DNA from: Penicillus capitatus
Lineage: Eukaryota; Plantae; Chlorophyta
Reading direction: 5' to 3'
DNA length: 64,000 bases
NCBI GenBank assembly: GCA_965649825.1
Contig: OZ287707.1
Location: forward strand, 674,292 to 738,291
The translations under genes were made by a program, and so were the position numbers. Shown here piece after piece: positions 40,713 to 54,083 of this stretch. Numbering within the stretch: the first letter of the stretch is position 1; every line of letters begins with the position of its first letter. The notes beneath the pieces are model-generated. The model was given only the letters and a program-made list of their open reading frames with translations. It did no database searches and was not told where the DNA came from.

Positions 40713-41117
40713 CGCTGACTTTTATAGAGGGACCGTCCCGCGAATGGTACTTACGCAAGCGGTTAGTATAAGCAAAACGGCAGAGCAAGTGCTCAGCGAG
40801 ATGGTCCACTTCATGTTGTCGCTGTATCACTCTGGACGGAACAATCGAACGGCGTCGGCGAAGAATTGGAACAGCCTGACGGATCGGAGAATCGCGCGGC
40901 GGCACCGTCGGTTCGCAGCTGACATTGCGCAACGTCATCATCGAGTAAGGCCATCCCGACCTAAAATTAACCACGATGGCGCATCGGACGCCGTTCTCAT
41001 CTCAACAGTCTTCGATGCGCGCCATCGTCACAGGATCAAACGTAACGCGATAGAAATAGTCATCACTAGAAGACAGATGCGCACAAACGAGCTCAGTTTC
41101 AGCCGATTCTGTGTTTC

Positions 41118-42583
41118 TTACTCTTCATGTGCATGGTCGTCAGGTAACTTGTCTTTGTAAATCCAGCACTGCAGTGATCGGCATGAAGGGGATCCCATAT
41201 GGGCAGAATGCATGTACCTCGTATTCGATGTTCTGCACACGACTGTGGATGCGTTCCTTTCGTTTGACGAGTTCCTGTGGGCCCAAGTCTTCAGGGACCA
41301 AATGCATGAACTCTTTGTCGTTCTTGACGGCGAAGCTTTCCTAAAACGACATTGAAAAAATGATGCAAGACAGCGAAGTACAAACCAGATCCTCTCTGTC
41401 ATAGAGATACCCATGCTCTGCCCATTTCGACCCATCTGGCAACTCATAGAAGGCAAAGAGATTGGACCAAGAGAGCAATGGACTGCCGTCTTTGCCCTCG
41501 CCGATATTGAAACAGGCACAGTGCTCTGGGTCTACGGCAGACATGACGGCCGTGTGTTATGAATGTTTTGCAGGTTCTCTCGGAAGGCACCTTGAAGACT
41601 GAACTTGAAAACGCGGTTTTGATCGTCGGCGTCTACGACGTGGACCACTTCATAGAATATCATCTTGGCGAGGTCGATTCCTGGATGTGCTGCAGCCACG
41701 GTTGAACCGCGAGGTGGTTCAGGGATTTCTTTCTGGAATGTCACTCGAGCATCGCCGCCAGAACGATTTACCGTTCTTCGATTAACGACGGCCTCTTCCT
41801 TTGCCATCGGGCCTAGTTTCCAATACACGTGTCACCCATCCTTGTTACTGGTGGAAACATACGCGATGTGAGAGAAGGCGGTTTGGAGGAAGAAAGCTTT
41901 GCTCTAGGCGACGCCAGTGCCGACGATTCTGTTTGGACAGTTTTCTTGCCAAGAATCTCAGCCAAAGGAGCCGGCAGAACGGCCTGTCGCTGCAAAGGCA
42001 ATCGAGCAGAGGGCGTTGCCGCACGCGTTGCATCATATCGCATCCTTGGCCGTGCCCTCGGCTACATTCCATCGCACTCCTCCCTCGCTCAAAGAACATC
42101 CGCAGCTGTACTTACATCTGCCATAATTTTCATGAGCTGTCGGGCTGTGCGTCCCTGCAATTCATTGGCAATTCTCTGCCAACTCCATCCCAACTGACAG
42201 GCCTCCTCGACCAAGAGATACTCCTCTTCAGAGATCACCAAATCACGTGTCATATCATTGAGCACTTCCGAAATCTCTCCGCTATTTGGAATGACCCGAG
42301 CCGGTGGTACATAGCTGACACTTCGAACGATCTCTGCCATCACCGTCAGCATCATCATACAGTTGTGGACGGTCATTGAGCTCTAGGACATGCCTTGTGG
42401 TGGAGACAGTCCCACAAAGAATCTCGGTGCCTTTCCCAGTCGATGTCCCTTCTCGCTGACAGCATCGCCATATGCTTCCTTTCCTTCGTGCTGCGTCTTG
42501 GCAAGTTTATTGAGGCCCGTCGAGTAAATGGGCGGATCCGTCAGTGGATCTCGAAGCCGCGGATAAGACCGTTTGCGTACCAT
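41118..42583 (-). CDS. Myb/SANT plus BAH-like domain chromatin protein
   Basis: ISEEEYLLVEEACQLGWSWQRIANELQGRTARQL (Myb/SANT helix pattern) and LFAFYELPDGSKWAEHGYLYDREDL|ESF...E (BAH-like); multi-exon, first intron GC-AG. Confidence 0.6.
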
Positions 42584-42668
42584 TCACAGAATAGAAGCTA
42601 CAAAACAGTACGACACACGACTGCGCTGCTTTTATTGTGTCTGTCATTGTGCGTCCCATTTGACAAGC

Positions 42669-44577
42669 ATGGACGTTCGGAAAGAAATCTTGGATTTCGG
42701 GTTGTTGCCGTCGGCCGTTCTCTCTTCTAGGTTCGACAGCGTCTCTGCCGTGACGGACTTGCATTCGAAACTCCTAAAAGAGACGGAAACGATAGACGGA
42801 CAGCGAGGTCGAACCCTGACGTTTTCTCCCCTGACCGTACCAACGTGTTCCAGGGTTCGTCCGTGTGAGTTTCGTCCGGAAGCTCCTCAGAATGACGCCG
42901 GATGTGTGGAATCTTCTCTTCAACTTCTTGGATTCCATTTGCTGCAGAGGTGCCGGAAAACGATGGAGACTCTGTTCCGAAGACGAAACACGAGTGGAGC
43001 TGCATGCCTTGTCCCTCTTTCTCTTTATACAGATATATGGAAAACAAGCATCAAGACGAACAGATTATGAACTACGTAGCTTAGGCCATTGCTGTCGCCT
43101 CCTCCACAAGCGATTCTGTTTCTAGAAGGGAATAACAACAGAGAGACGACACGTGGATTGGCGCCACGTGGACTGAATGCATTGACATTCTCGTCGTTCA
43201 TCAGACGACATTTGCAGACACTCTTGTATCTCATCAAGGATGATCCTCCGGAGCTGTCATCTCCGGGATGGTGTCTTCCACGTTCGCCGACGCCAGGGGT
43301 GGCAGCGCCATCAATGCATCACCAAGATCCAACGCGTGCAACAATTTGGATCGGTCGTGAAGAGGTGGATCGTCTGGAACTGCTGCTCAGAAAGCGGTCT
43401 TGTGAGGGCAATGGGGATATTAAGAGAGATCATCATTCGGATATCTATGGGCTCGCATCATACCTCTCGTGTTTCAAAAGCTATAACAAGGATATCTTTA
43501 CCGCTGCGTCGTGCATAGAAGTGGCAACTTGTCTCAAGGCATCGATTTTGGATTCGGATGGCGAAGCGGATAATACATCTGGAGCAGGCAGGATCTGTGG
43601 AATGACAAAAGGGACACTCGTTGAAGGAGAGGACAGTTTTCCCGATGGACAATTGATGATACACGAGTGTCAAGACTGCTGCATTTACGCCTTAGCTCCG
43701 CTGACAAGTGTGAAGATCACTGCATGTTCAGATTGCATCATCGTTTTGGGTCCAGCATCTGGATGTGTCCTAGTGGAGAACTGCACGAGGATCAAATTGA
43801 TCTATGCAGCCAGGTCAACGTGCATCACCGCTTGCCACGAAAGTATACTGCATCTAGCAACGACCCGTCCACCTTTACTCCTTGGCGACAATCGATTTCT
43901 GCAGCTTGCTCCGTACAATATCGAATACGAGCGTCTTCCAGTTCATCTTTCGAAAGCTGGGCTCAATGTGTCTGCTAATAAATGGGACCAGCCGGTTCTG
44001 CTGAATTTCAGGGAAAGCACAAGAGATGAAGACGGTGCAGATCTGGCATCTGAGAGTGGCAGTTATGGTGCAGACAATCGACGGCCATCAGAGGATAACT
44101 CCTTGGAGGATTTGCTACTGCCCCCCGAACAGCTCCTTCCATTTACCGTTCCTTTTAAAGGAGGACCCGGTCCTTTAGCAGGGGGTGCACCAAGCAATCC
44201 ACAAGTTTCTTGGGTCAATCGTCTGGGTTCTGGTACGGGCAATGGTCCGCCCTTTCCACTCTCTCCTGTCTATGCGACTGCCCTGACATCGCGTCTCAGA
44301 AAGGTGTCAGAATTGCAAGAAACTGTGGGAAAGGTTCTCCTTTGGCATGGCGGCGGCGGTGGGCGAGAACGCATTCTGTTTGTGTTTCTAGGCGATCAAT
44401 GACCTGAATAACCGCCGCGATGTCCAGCTAGCCATTCAGAGATACTTTAAGGAATGGTTGTTCAAGACGGCCAAAATCCGTCAAGTGTACGATCTTGCAA
44501 AACTGGAGCAGCAAATGATCTCTGAAACGAATTCGGGCCATCCTTCATCGTCCACGAACCACAGCACCAGCACTTAG
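42669..44577 (+). CDS. TBCC (C-CAP/cofactor C) domain protein, TBCCD1-like
   Basis: IHECQDCCIYALAPLTSVKITACSDCIIVLGPASG...ENCTRIKL...ITACHESILHLATTRPPLLLGDNRFLQLAPYN...NKWD; C-terminal AIQRYFKEWL. Confidence 0.9.
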
Positions 44578-45166
44578 TCATCACTCTCACTTGATCAGGT
44601 CCTCAGTTCGCTATCTGCTGCACGTACAAAGACTCGACTGACCACCACGACCATCCTTCTAAATAATCAGGACAGGACAACGTATTGCCACTCTTGTACT
44701 TTTTGTCAGCAGACATACCGTACGATGCGACATAGCACATCGCATTTTAAACAGGTCTCTTCTTTGTCCAATGCTGACATAAAAGCGTTATTCCTATAGA
44801 ACATGAAAACAGAAAATAGTAGGAAAATTTATCGACAATTTCTAATAATTCTCTCATGCCTTGATTGATGGATGCGAGGGGAGTGTTTTTTATTTTCGCC
44901 AGTCATGAATGGACTCACGGGTCGAGGAGTTGCATGGGTGGTGATTGGCTTGAAAATTTCTAGTTCGCTGATATTTCCATATTCGATGACTATTGGTTGT
45001 TGTTGTTGTTAACAAATACTCAGCTGTCCACCGAGATCGCAGAACTGTATTGCTTGCGGTGATGAGATGGGAGCATTTGCACCGTTCAAGTTTCGAATTT
45101 CTGGAACCTGGTGCCATGTGATAACTGACGCGACGGAGACAGCGTCGTGACTCGACAGCGCCATCC

Positions 45167-45724
45167 ATGAAGTGGACGGACGGGCACGACATTCTAAACG
45201 TCACATCATCACCGACGAGCCATGGATTCTGTGCCTCATTCAGACAACGCCGTTCGTCGATACGCCCTCCAAAGAGACGACGGCATTGACTGTAGGTGGA
45301 TGTGGACGATATCGTGACGTCCTATGGCGAGCTGACGGATCATCCCGGTTTCCGTGGTGGTAATTGTGAGGTGCTCTACGGGACGACCGGCAACGAGGCT
45401 GATCAGTATTTCTGCATCTACCCTACCGGTGTCATCGTGACAGGCGTCACCAAATGCCACCCCCTCGTTCAAGCAGGGGAGGCACTGCTGCGTGACGCCG
45501 ATGGCGAAAAGGAGAGACGTATTCGGATCGCTCTGGAGAACGAAGACTACTGGTTGGTTTCAGATCGTGGACAGAAGGCCAAGATCCCGAAGTTTACGGA
45601 TCATACCTTGTGCAACGTACACATCGACGATCAGCAATTCCGTATCCATCATCCCTTCGACACAGCCCTGCTCAATTTCAACCCCCGGCTACGAACAGAT
45701 CCAAAATTGCTGATTAGACGGTGA
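45167..45724 (+). CDS. Small hypothetical protein (about 150 aa)
   Basis: Open frame 45296-45724 with plausible first exon MKWTDGHDILN joined by GT-AG intron 45200-45295; no family recognised. Confidence 0.55.
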
Positions 45725-45941
45725 GGAGACGGCAGACCTGATGCGATGGGCAGCCGGGTGTGATGATGATGTAGGTGTCATTGGGAAGGTCACATCGCTG
45801 TCTTGTCAACGCGTCCCAGGACGATTCGACACATGAGACGTCGTTTGGTGACCGTTACCAAGTACAGCGAACTGCGTTCGGTTACCGCGTTCGAATTCGC
45901 GATCTGACGGGCGTTCGTCTTTGAATTTATTACGCCCTCCT

Positions 45942-48938
45942 ATGTTGAACACCGAGCAATATGCAACTGTTATTGGCAGTGCGGCCGTCGGTGCGCTAGT
46001 GGGTTGGTTGTTCGGAAGGTCGACAGCGTTTTCGATTTCTCACGCTCGACGCCGTATCTAGGGCGACGCGTTTTCGGGAGGCTCGTCGACTATTGGGAGA
46101 TAATCAATGGTGGATGTCGGAACAGGCAGCGCTTCGCTTCTCGATACCTTCCTTAGGCATGACTAGGGTTTCGACAGGAGATGTATGTGGCCAGCGGATT
46201 GATTGCGGCTGGACATGGACATCTATTATCGTACTGGTCACCAGCAGGCACAAACGACGCCCTAAAGAGAGAGTTCATGATGATGGTGCTATTGTCCATC
46301 AAACATGCAGCACGGGATCTTGAAAAATTCCGAATCGCTTTGATTCAGCCGCCCGTGTCACAGAAGAACCCTTACTATATGCAAGCACACGACGATGTTC
46401 GTGATGACCCTTATTACTGGTGCCAAACAGACTCATCGATCTGAAGCTGGATGGGTCGGGACTGTATGGGTATAGGATGCGCGATGATTCGAGGCGACAT
46501 CCAATTGTGCAAGCTCACATAAGAGCTGAGAATCGATATACAATGTCGGTCATGGCGGATACGGTGCAGTTGCAAGAACTGATGTACAATGAGATGCGAG
46601 CACATACCAAAGAACAGGACACCAGTGCGCCGCTGCGGTATTGCCTCGATCATCTGATGTCCCATGATCGCCATTTAGAGTGCAGAACTACTTCTACTAC
46701 ACAAGAGTGTCACAGAACCAAAAACGCGCCGTCCACTGCCGAAGAAGGGTCGGATGGGTATCCAGACCTGCCGAATACGAAAGATGTGTGGCTGTCTTCT
46801 TAGGTCCGGCATCCCGATGAGCCTCAGAGTGTGACTGAGGTGATGGATGATGGAGTCCCTGAAGAGATTCTGTTGGATGAGAACGAAGAAGGACGGCGAT
46901 ACGTTTCCTATGATGTGTGTGGGTTGAAGATCTCGCCTAACGAACAGCTCCTCGCCTACTTTCAGGATACAAAGGGCAACGGATTCTACTCGCTCAAGAT
47001 CAAACACATTTACTGTGGCAAGCAGTTCCTGAAGAACCAGATCCGCACAGCAGGGAATCAATGTGAATGGGGTAGCAACTCCGCCACGCTTTTCTATTTG
47101 ACGTTGGACGCCGTGGGAAGACCCAATAAAGTCTGGAAGCATGTATTGAATACTTCTCCGGACGAGGACACATGTCTCTATACAGAGGCAGATCCTGCAT
47201 TTTATGTCTCACTCTATAAGACAAGAGACAAGTCGACCATCTGCATCCAATCAAGCACGCATCCGATCGTCGTGCCTGTCTTTGCAGCATTCAGATGTCT
47301 TTGTAGTTTCCAAGACAATGACGGAGTGCAGGATTTTGAATGCAGACTGTCCAGATGAACTGACAGTCGTCCTTCCGAGAAAGCAGGATGTGCATTACTG
47401 GATCGAACATCACAACAATAGCTTTTTTCTCCGCATCCAAGATCCGCAGAGACTGAATTCTGAAATAGCGATTGCACCTGTGGCGGATCCTGAAGATCAG
47501 ACAGTTGGTTTCGCCAGTTCGTGGCCAGGTGACACTAAAGAGCATAATATCTAGGTGCTGATCCCTCATCATCATGATCGGAAGATCGAAGAGTTTGTTA
47601 TGAGTCGTCGTTATTTGACGATCTTCTGTCGCAAAAACGGTCTGCAGACAGCATTTGTCTACATTGTGCCACATGATATAGAAAACGTACGGCAACTGAG
47701 AAACTCCATTGAACTGAAATTTGAGGAGGCCGTGTTTAGCTTAAGGCCAGGTAGAGACATTCGTATGCTCAGTCCTCAGACAGAAAAGTGGTTTAGTAGG
47801 TCCTCAAGGGGATTTTGAGTCTGAGATTTTGCGTTTGACATATGCGTCGCTGATCACACCAGAGTCGATCATCGACCAGCATCTGGGAACATTCGAGAGA
47901 TGCGTCAAGAAGATGGAGGACGCACCACTTGTCGATTACGATGAAACAGATTACAGGAGCGAACGAACGTGGGCCCTTGCTGCCGACGGTGTCCGCGTTC
48001 CCATCTCAGTCGTCTACAGAATTGACGCCGTGCAGCACAACGGAACAGATCCTCTGTTAATGGAAGTCTATGGTGCCTATGAGCACTGTCTCAATCCCTC
48101 GTTCTCCAGCAGGAGAATCTCTCTGATGAGAAGAGGCGTTGTCTATGCCATTGCTCATGTGAGAGGCGGTGGCGAATTGGGAAGGTAATCGTCAGCAGAG
48201 ACACTACGCGATCACCCTGTTCTCGTCAGAGCTTGGTACGAAAACGGAAGACTGATGAATAAGAAGACAACGTTCTCCGATACAATTGCATGCGCCAAGC
48301 ATCTGATCGACAAGATGTATTGCAGCGGATCTAAATTGTGCATCACCGGAACGGGTGCTGGAGGATTGGCTGCTGCTGCCGCTGTAAACATGCAGCCTGA
48401 GCTTTTCTGCGCCGCCATTCTGCACGAGCCTTTTGTGGACATACTGACATCCATCAGCGATGGGAACATGTCTCTAAGAGCAGAAGACTGGGGCGAATGG
48501 GGCAATCCTCAAAACGAAGAGCACTACAAGTGAGGACGGCATCCTGCCTTAAGTACTTCCCAGTCTCGGCGTCTTGCGATAGATACATGAAAAGCTACTC
48601 CCCTGTGGACAATGTGGAGCACCAAGACTATCCACACCTGCTGATGACTGCCGGATACCATGACGCGAAACTCGGCTATTGGGAGCCTGCAAAGTATGCA
48701 GGTTTGTGTCGTTGTCGATACTTGGCTTCGGTCTCAGTTGCCGTGTGTAGCGAAAGTGCGCGATTACAGCACCAATTCAAGTATCGTAATCTTCAAGTGC
48801 GACATGGACGTGGGGAATTCCTCAAGCCGTTCGCGGCTCTTGCATTATAGAGATGCCGCTTTGAACTATGCATTCTTGCTGAAGGCTATCGGACAGCCTC
48901 CGTCCAGAAACGGAGAGACCGAAAGCAGTAACCTCTGA
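45942..48938 (+). CDS. Oligopeptidase B / protease II (S9A) with N-terminal hydrophobic extension
   Basis: [11 protein letters not shown]|[73 protein letters not shown] (nucleophile site reads GTGAG, see findings), [38 protein letters not shown]. Confidence 0.9.
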
Positions 48939-49447
48939 ATTGTGCAGAAGAGCGACGGAAACGAACACAAGATGAATCGAACCTCTCTTCGTTACTTCCA
49001 AAGAAAGCTCGCCGAACGAGAGCATTTCTGTCGAGACGACAAGGATATCTTCGAGCGCGCTTATACTATTTCCAATACTTCTGAACTCGCGAAAGGCGTC
49101 ATGCAAAAAGAATCCATGAACGTCGGCCCCTCGCAACATTCTGAACGAGATGCGGCCTTAGGCATCACCATCATCGCCGGAATACGTTACCCATTGAACT
49201 GTTCCTAGATGTGTCAAGCGTGCGACCTAGCCAGTCGTTAGATCCAGACCTTTTCGCCTTAGGTCCAAAACCCGATGATGGAAATCTACGCGACGTGGTG
49301 ACGCTGAACGAACGCGTTCGCTGTTTGCCTGCAATTCTCTGTCGCGCGTCGAATGGCGAAAGCTTTCTCGTGAACCTGGAGTGATGCTCGAATCCTCTCT
49401 GCACTTTCTCTGAGACGCTGGTGTGTTTCAGTGACGTTCAGCGAACA

Positions 49448-52400
49448 ATGCTCCGTAAGAGATTGATTGGAAAGACGGCAAAAGAGTGCAGCATTGCGAA
49501 GAAGTGCTCGCAAAAGGTAAACGAAAACGCCGACGCATAACATACGCCCTTTCTATGAGCAGGTCAAGGGGGAATACAAAGCAAAGGACGGCCATCCCGT
49601 GTTCCCTCGCATTGCCGACACGCGTTCTGCAAAGGGCCGTGCGCAAAAGCTCTCTGACGATTTCTTCTTGACGGATCCGGAAGTGATATATCGAATCAAC
49701 AATACGCTCCGTGCCGTTGAGAGACTTCGAGAGTCTTACCACGATCGGCCGAACAAAGTAACAACCGATGCGAGTATTCGACGACTGGATCACAAGAAGG
49801 CATGTGCGAAACAGACTGCGACGGATGAGGCTGTCGCGACAGTCTCCGATACCAACGAAGAGGTCCGGCAGCTAACCTGCAGGACACGCCAGTACCGAAC
49901 TCTCTTCTCTCAGGCAGATAACATTGACACAGACGCAGTGGCGATCGATGGGGAGAGTGAAGATCATTTGAGACTTGACGTCTGTCTGAAAGGAGATGAT
50001 GATCAGCCGCGTTCGTCTTTGTCCATGGATGATCATCCTTTGGAACATGGTGGCAAGAGAAAGAGATGGCAGTCGCAGCATTGCAGCCATTCCGCGAATG
50101 CCGTCAGCCCTCGTGAACATGACTTGTTTACGATGGATGACTTACGACTTCATACGGACAAGATTTTTCACAGCGTCGAGCAATTGAAGATCTCGGGAGC
50201 CGGTCTCCAAACTCAATGTGACTTTTCGCCACATTGCGTGCGTGATAGGTCTATATGAAGCGCGTTGTGGCAGTCTTATGCTCATTCCATCGACACGTGT
50301 CATCAAAGGGCTAAAAGAAGAACGATGTCTACTGGATCATACACGGATCGCCAGAGAAGGCGCTGAAGCACTCGGTCAAGCATTGCTGATCAACAACATC
50401 ATCGAAAACCTGAGTCTCGTCGATTGTGCCCTCGATGCAAAGGCAGAGATCGCCGTCATACGCTCGCTATGATTCGAAACAGTGTTTAGCAGGCTATTGA
50501 GAGTATCGTCGACGGCCTGAGAAGTGGAGCAGCGAACAATTCTCGTTATTGTAGGCAACTCACGACCTCCGTCGCGCAATCAGCCATCGGAGGACATCAG
50601 ATTCGCAACCTCGATCGTGGTGCAAGCATGTCAACGGAGAGAAAGAAACTTGGTCTCTCCCTTGCGCTGTCCAATCTAATTGGAGGATAGACTAGTCACC
50701 ACCTGACTGTGTAGGAAGTGTGGCGACGCGAGATCTGTTGGCTGAAGATATTCAAAGACTCAAACAGGCGGCCCGAGATTCACATGTGCCAACGAAATCG
50801 AAGGTTACTGGACTGAATCTGTCAGAGAATTCCCTCGGCGTTCCTGGAGGACGATGTATTGCAACGCTGCTCGATCCTAACTTCACGGCGTACTTTCTAC
50901 TGAACCTCGCCACCGTTGTTCTTTCTGATCACCGCCGTCTGCAGTTATCCATCGTTGAAGTCCCTGATCTTGGCGAAGACGAGCTTAACAGACGATGGTG
51001 TCCTCGCCATTGTGCGAGCACTGATGAATGGCAACTCTTCCTTGACGGAACTAAATCTGTCGGCGAATAACATTTCCAACAAGAGTGCATCAACCATTGG
51101 TGAACTCCTTGATTCCAATCATGCTCTCAAGAACCTAAACCTTTCCTGGAACACGATTAAGGTAGGAATACATCAGTGTTGGATGCCAAGGGTATGTGCG
51201 TCTGTGGTTAAACAGTCAGCTGGAGCCGCGAGTTTGGCTAAGGGATTGATGGCGAATGAATGCCTTGAACATTTCGATCTATCCTGGAACGGTTTGGAGA
51301 ACGAAGGTGCCGTTCAACTAGGCGAAATGCTGTCGATTAATCTGAGCCTGAAATCTCTCAATCTGATGCACACAAGAACAGGAACAGAAGGCAGCCTTGT
51401 CATTGCAGATGGCTTGAGAGTACAGCCATCCACGATCGAAAGCAACTTCCCCAGCTCAGCATTTAGGTCAACGGCTCTCTGGAGAAAATCTCGCTCGATG
51501 GCAATCCCATCGGCGAATTTGGAGCTAGGCATCTGATGCTAGCCATCAGTCATAACAAGACATTGAAGTTCCTTGGACTCCAAGTCAGATACCGTTTTTG
51601 AGGATCTGTGCTTGGAGCACTTGATGGCTCTCAGGGATCCAATATGAGTTCGACCGTGGCAGATGGCGAAGCAGAATCCGCCAAGTTCAATCCTTCATGT
51701 CCAGATGGCAGTTATCACTTGGATCTCAGCAACCAGACCGACCGAACCGTCGCTGTTCAGCTGTGCCAACTCAATACCTCAGTTTCTCCTAGTCAGATGC
51801 GTAACGTCACATTGGACGGCAAAGAGATCCAATCCCAAAACATGGACTGGCCAGACAGGCAAGCGTGATACCCGTAGCTCTTTTCTATGATACATGGATC
51901 TACAGATTACCAACACAAGGAATACTGAAGCTCGACTATGTTTCGTCGTCGACGCGCAGAACGTTATCGGTAATAGATAACAAGAAAATCACGGCGCTTA
52001 TTGGGCAGTTCTCGCATCCATCGATGTCCGATGGAGAGAGACTGAATATTGTGAACATCTCAGCGCCTCACCACTTCTTTCTCTGCCATCAGATCTGTCA
52101 GATACTGCAAAAGTTTCCATTGAGCGATGAACGACTCGAAGCTGCTTGTGCCTTTTTCACACGGGCTGTCGATACCGATGAACATTTGGATGTCATGTTG
52201 AGTCCACTGCACGACAGAGAAAGAAACATGTTTTTCGGAAAAGTCGCCCACTACGCCGCATATGTCTTCTCTAATCCCACAGGCAAGAAACGTCGCTCCT
52301 CTGCCGCAAGGAATCGGTGAGTGAGAAGTGTATGTAGGACATTACGAACTGAACTTGACGATCCCGTTCCATCGGCTTATTGCCAACCGACTCAAGGACT

Positions 52401-54083
52401 GCGTTTATGGAGAAGCACAGGGACCCGTTTGGTGTAACATCATCTACGATGAGTACTCTAAACAGCTTCGGCTTTCCTCCAACTATGGCCCACCGGAGAG
52501 TTGGAAAACGATGATTCCCACAATCGGGACACTGTCTCTTGACTATGTGACACAAGAACCGGTGCCAGCAGAAGCACAGCCTCTAACACACAGCAGCCTC
52601 ATTAACCTCCTTGAGCATAAAGTGCCCACCCAATGCATGAATAACTGTCGGAGACGGGCCAGTGGATTATAGGTGCTTGTGCCGTTCAAGAAGGAAGAAT
52701 GCGTGCCGATTGCTTCTGCAAATTTCAACGTTGCTGATACACAGATCATGCAACTTCGGCGGGAAATCACCAATCGATTCCTAACGTGCGAACACCTCCT
52801 AACAATCATCAGCTGTTTCTCGGTGAGTTGCGGCGGCCAAGATCGATTGCTGAGTGTTTGTTGTCTCCTATGGTGTGCAGCTTGGCCCTCACAGAGTGGA
52901 AGCCATTGTGTGCTGTTTCGGTAATCTCGTGGATCGCGAGAATCTGTGGAAAGTGCTCAATACCTTGAAGCCGCTAGAACAAGCAGTGATGATGATGCGT
53001 TTGGGTCCTATGAACTGCACTTCGATGCAGCACAAGACCGCGCACTGGATCCTGGACGTCACGAACCCTCAGCATGGCGATATTGCTAAGAGACTCGTTA
53101 AAGCAGCTCTGAGCGACACCGAACTGCCGAATCTATGGAACATACGTCTCAATGGTGAATATCTCCGCCGTTCTCTACAATTATTGCCTTTCGCTCGGTG
53201 TCTTCAGGGAGACGCAAACAGATTACAGAAAACTCAAACTTGTGGGCGGTATTGACGACGGACACCTTTACGCCATTTCTGGAATTCGACTTTATCGGTA
53301 ACGATTCTTGGAACTGCGTTTTTGATTTGGACCCAGAAGAGCTTGCCGCCCTAAACAATGGAGAGAAGCTCGAACTCCGAAAGCACTACGTAGATTCAAG
53401 TCTGCCTGGACATCGATGCGATCTCAGTATTCGCTTGCAGGCTGCTCGCCTCGAAGCTCAGAGGATGAGACAGATCTACGGTTACTTTCGCGACAGCAGT
53501 GGCTACACCTGCAGCGAGTGGCAAACGAGAAAGAATCTCATGCAACCGCTCTTGGAGAAACCGCCTTGGCTTGCTGTCTGGGATCGTCTACTCCGACGCC
53601 TCGTTCGCATGACCTCCAGACTCGGTTGCTTCATCCCTCCCACTCTTCATTTCGTTCATACCTTTGGTCAGGCGACATCCGAGGCGCATCGCCTTTGGAA
53701 GATGTCTTCGACAACGCACTATCCGATGACGATACTCTCAGCCTCGAAGAATTTCTCGAGGTGATGGGATACAAGTTACCGCACGCACCTTCTATCCTTC
53801 GATCTAGGTGATGAGATCCATGGGATCTTATCGTTCTGAGCTGGAATTCTACGAACGAGCTGCACAAAGAATGTGCTCAGGAGAGGTTGACACCATGATG
53901 CCGACTGACCCAAGTTCGCAGGGAGTTGATCTGATGGACGGAATAACTTTCTCCGATTTCGTTCATCTCTTCATGATGGACGCGCCAATGGTTTCCATCT
54001 CCGAAATTAAACCTCTCGTTCCAGAACCGTCGGCTCAGAAGGCAGCCGCCAAGAAAACGAAACAATCATCGTCATCACGTTAA
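49448..54083 (+). CDS. Large RNI-like leucine-rich-repeat protein with NPTGHY-type repeats and C-terminal EF-hand-like motifs
   Basis: Many LRRs (LNLSENSLG, LILAKTSL, LNLSANNI, LNLSWNTI, FDLSWNGL, ISLDGNPIG), FNPSCPDGSYHLDLSNQTDR and NPTG|HYELNL repeats, DDDTLSLEEF and DGITFSDF. Start codon uncertain. Confidence 0.8.

Noticed and set aside
48942-49208. Small ORF directly after the oligopeptidase stop
   Set aside because: Starts at GTG, shows no homology and probably lies in the 3' UTR.
51859-51905. Further possible GC donors (cag|gcaagc at 51859, and cag|gcagcg at 46126)
   Set aside because: In-phase GT alternatives exist, so these were not counted among the GC-AG introns.
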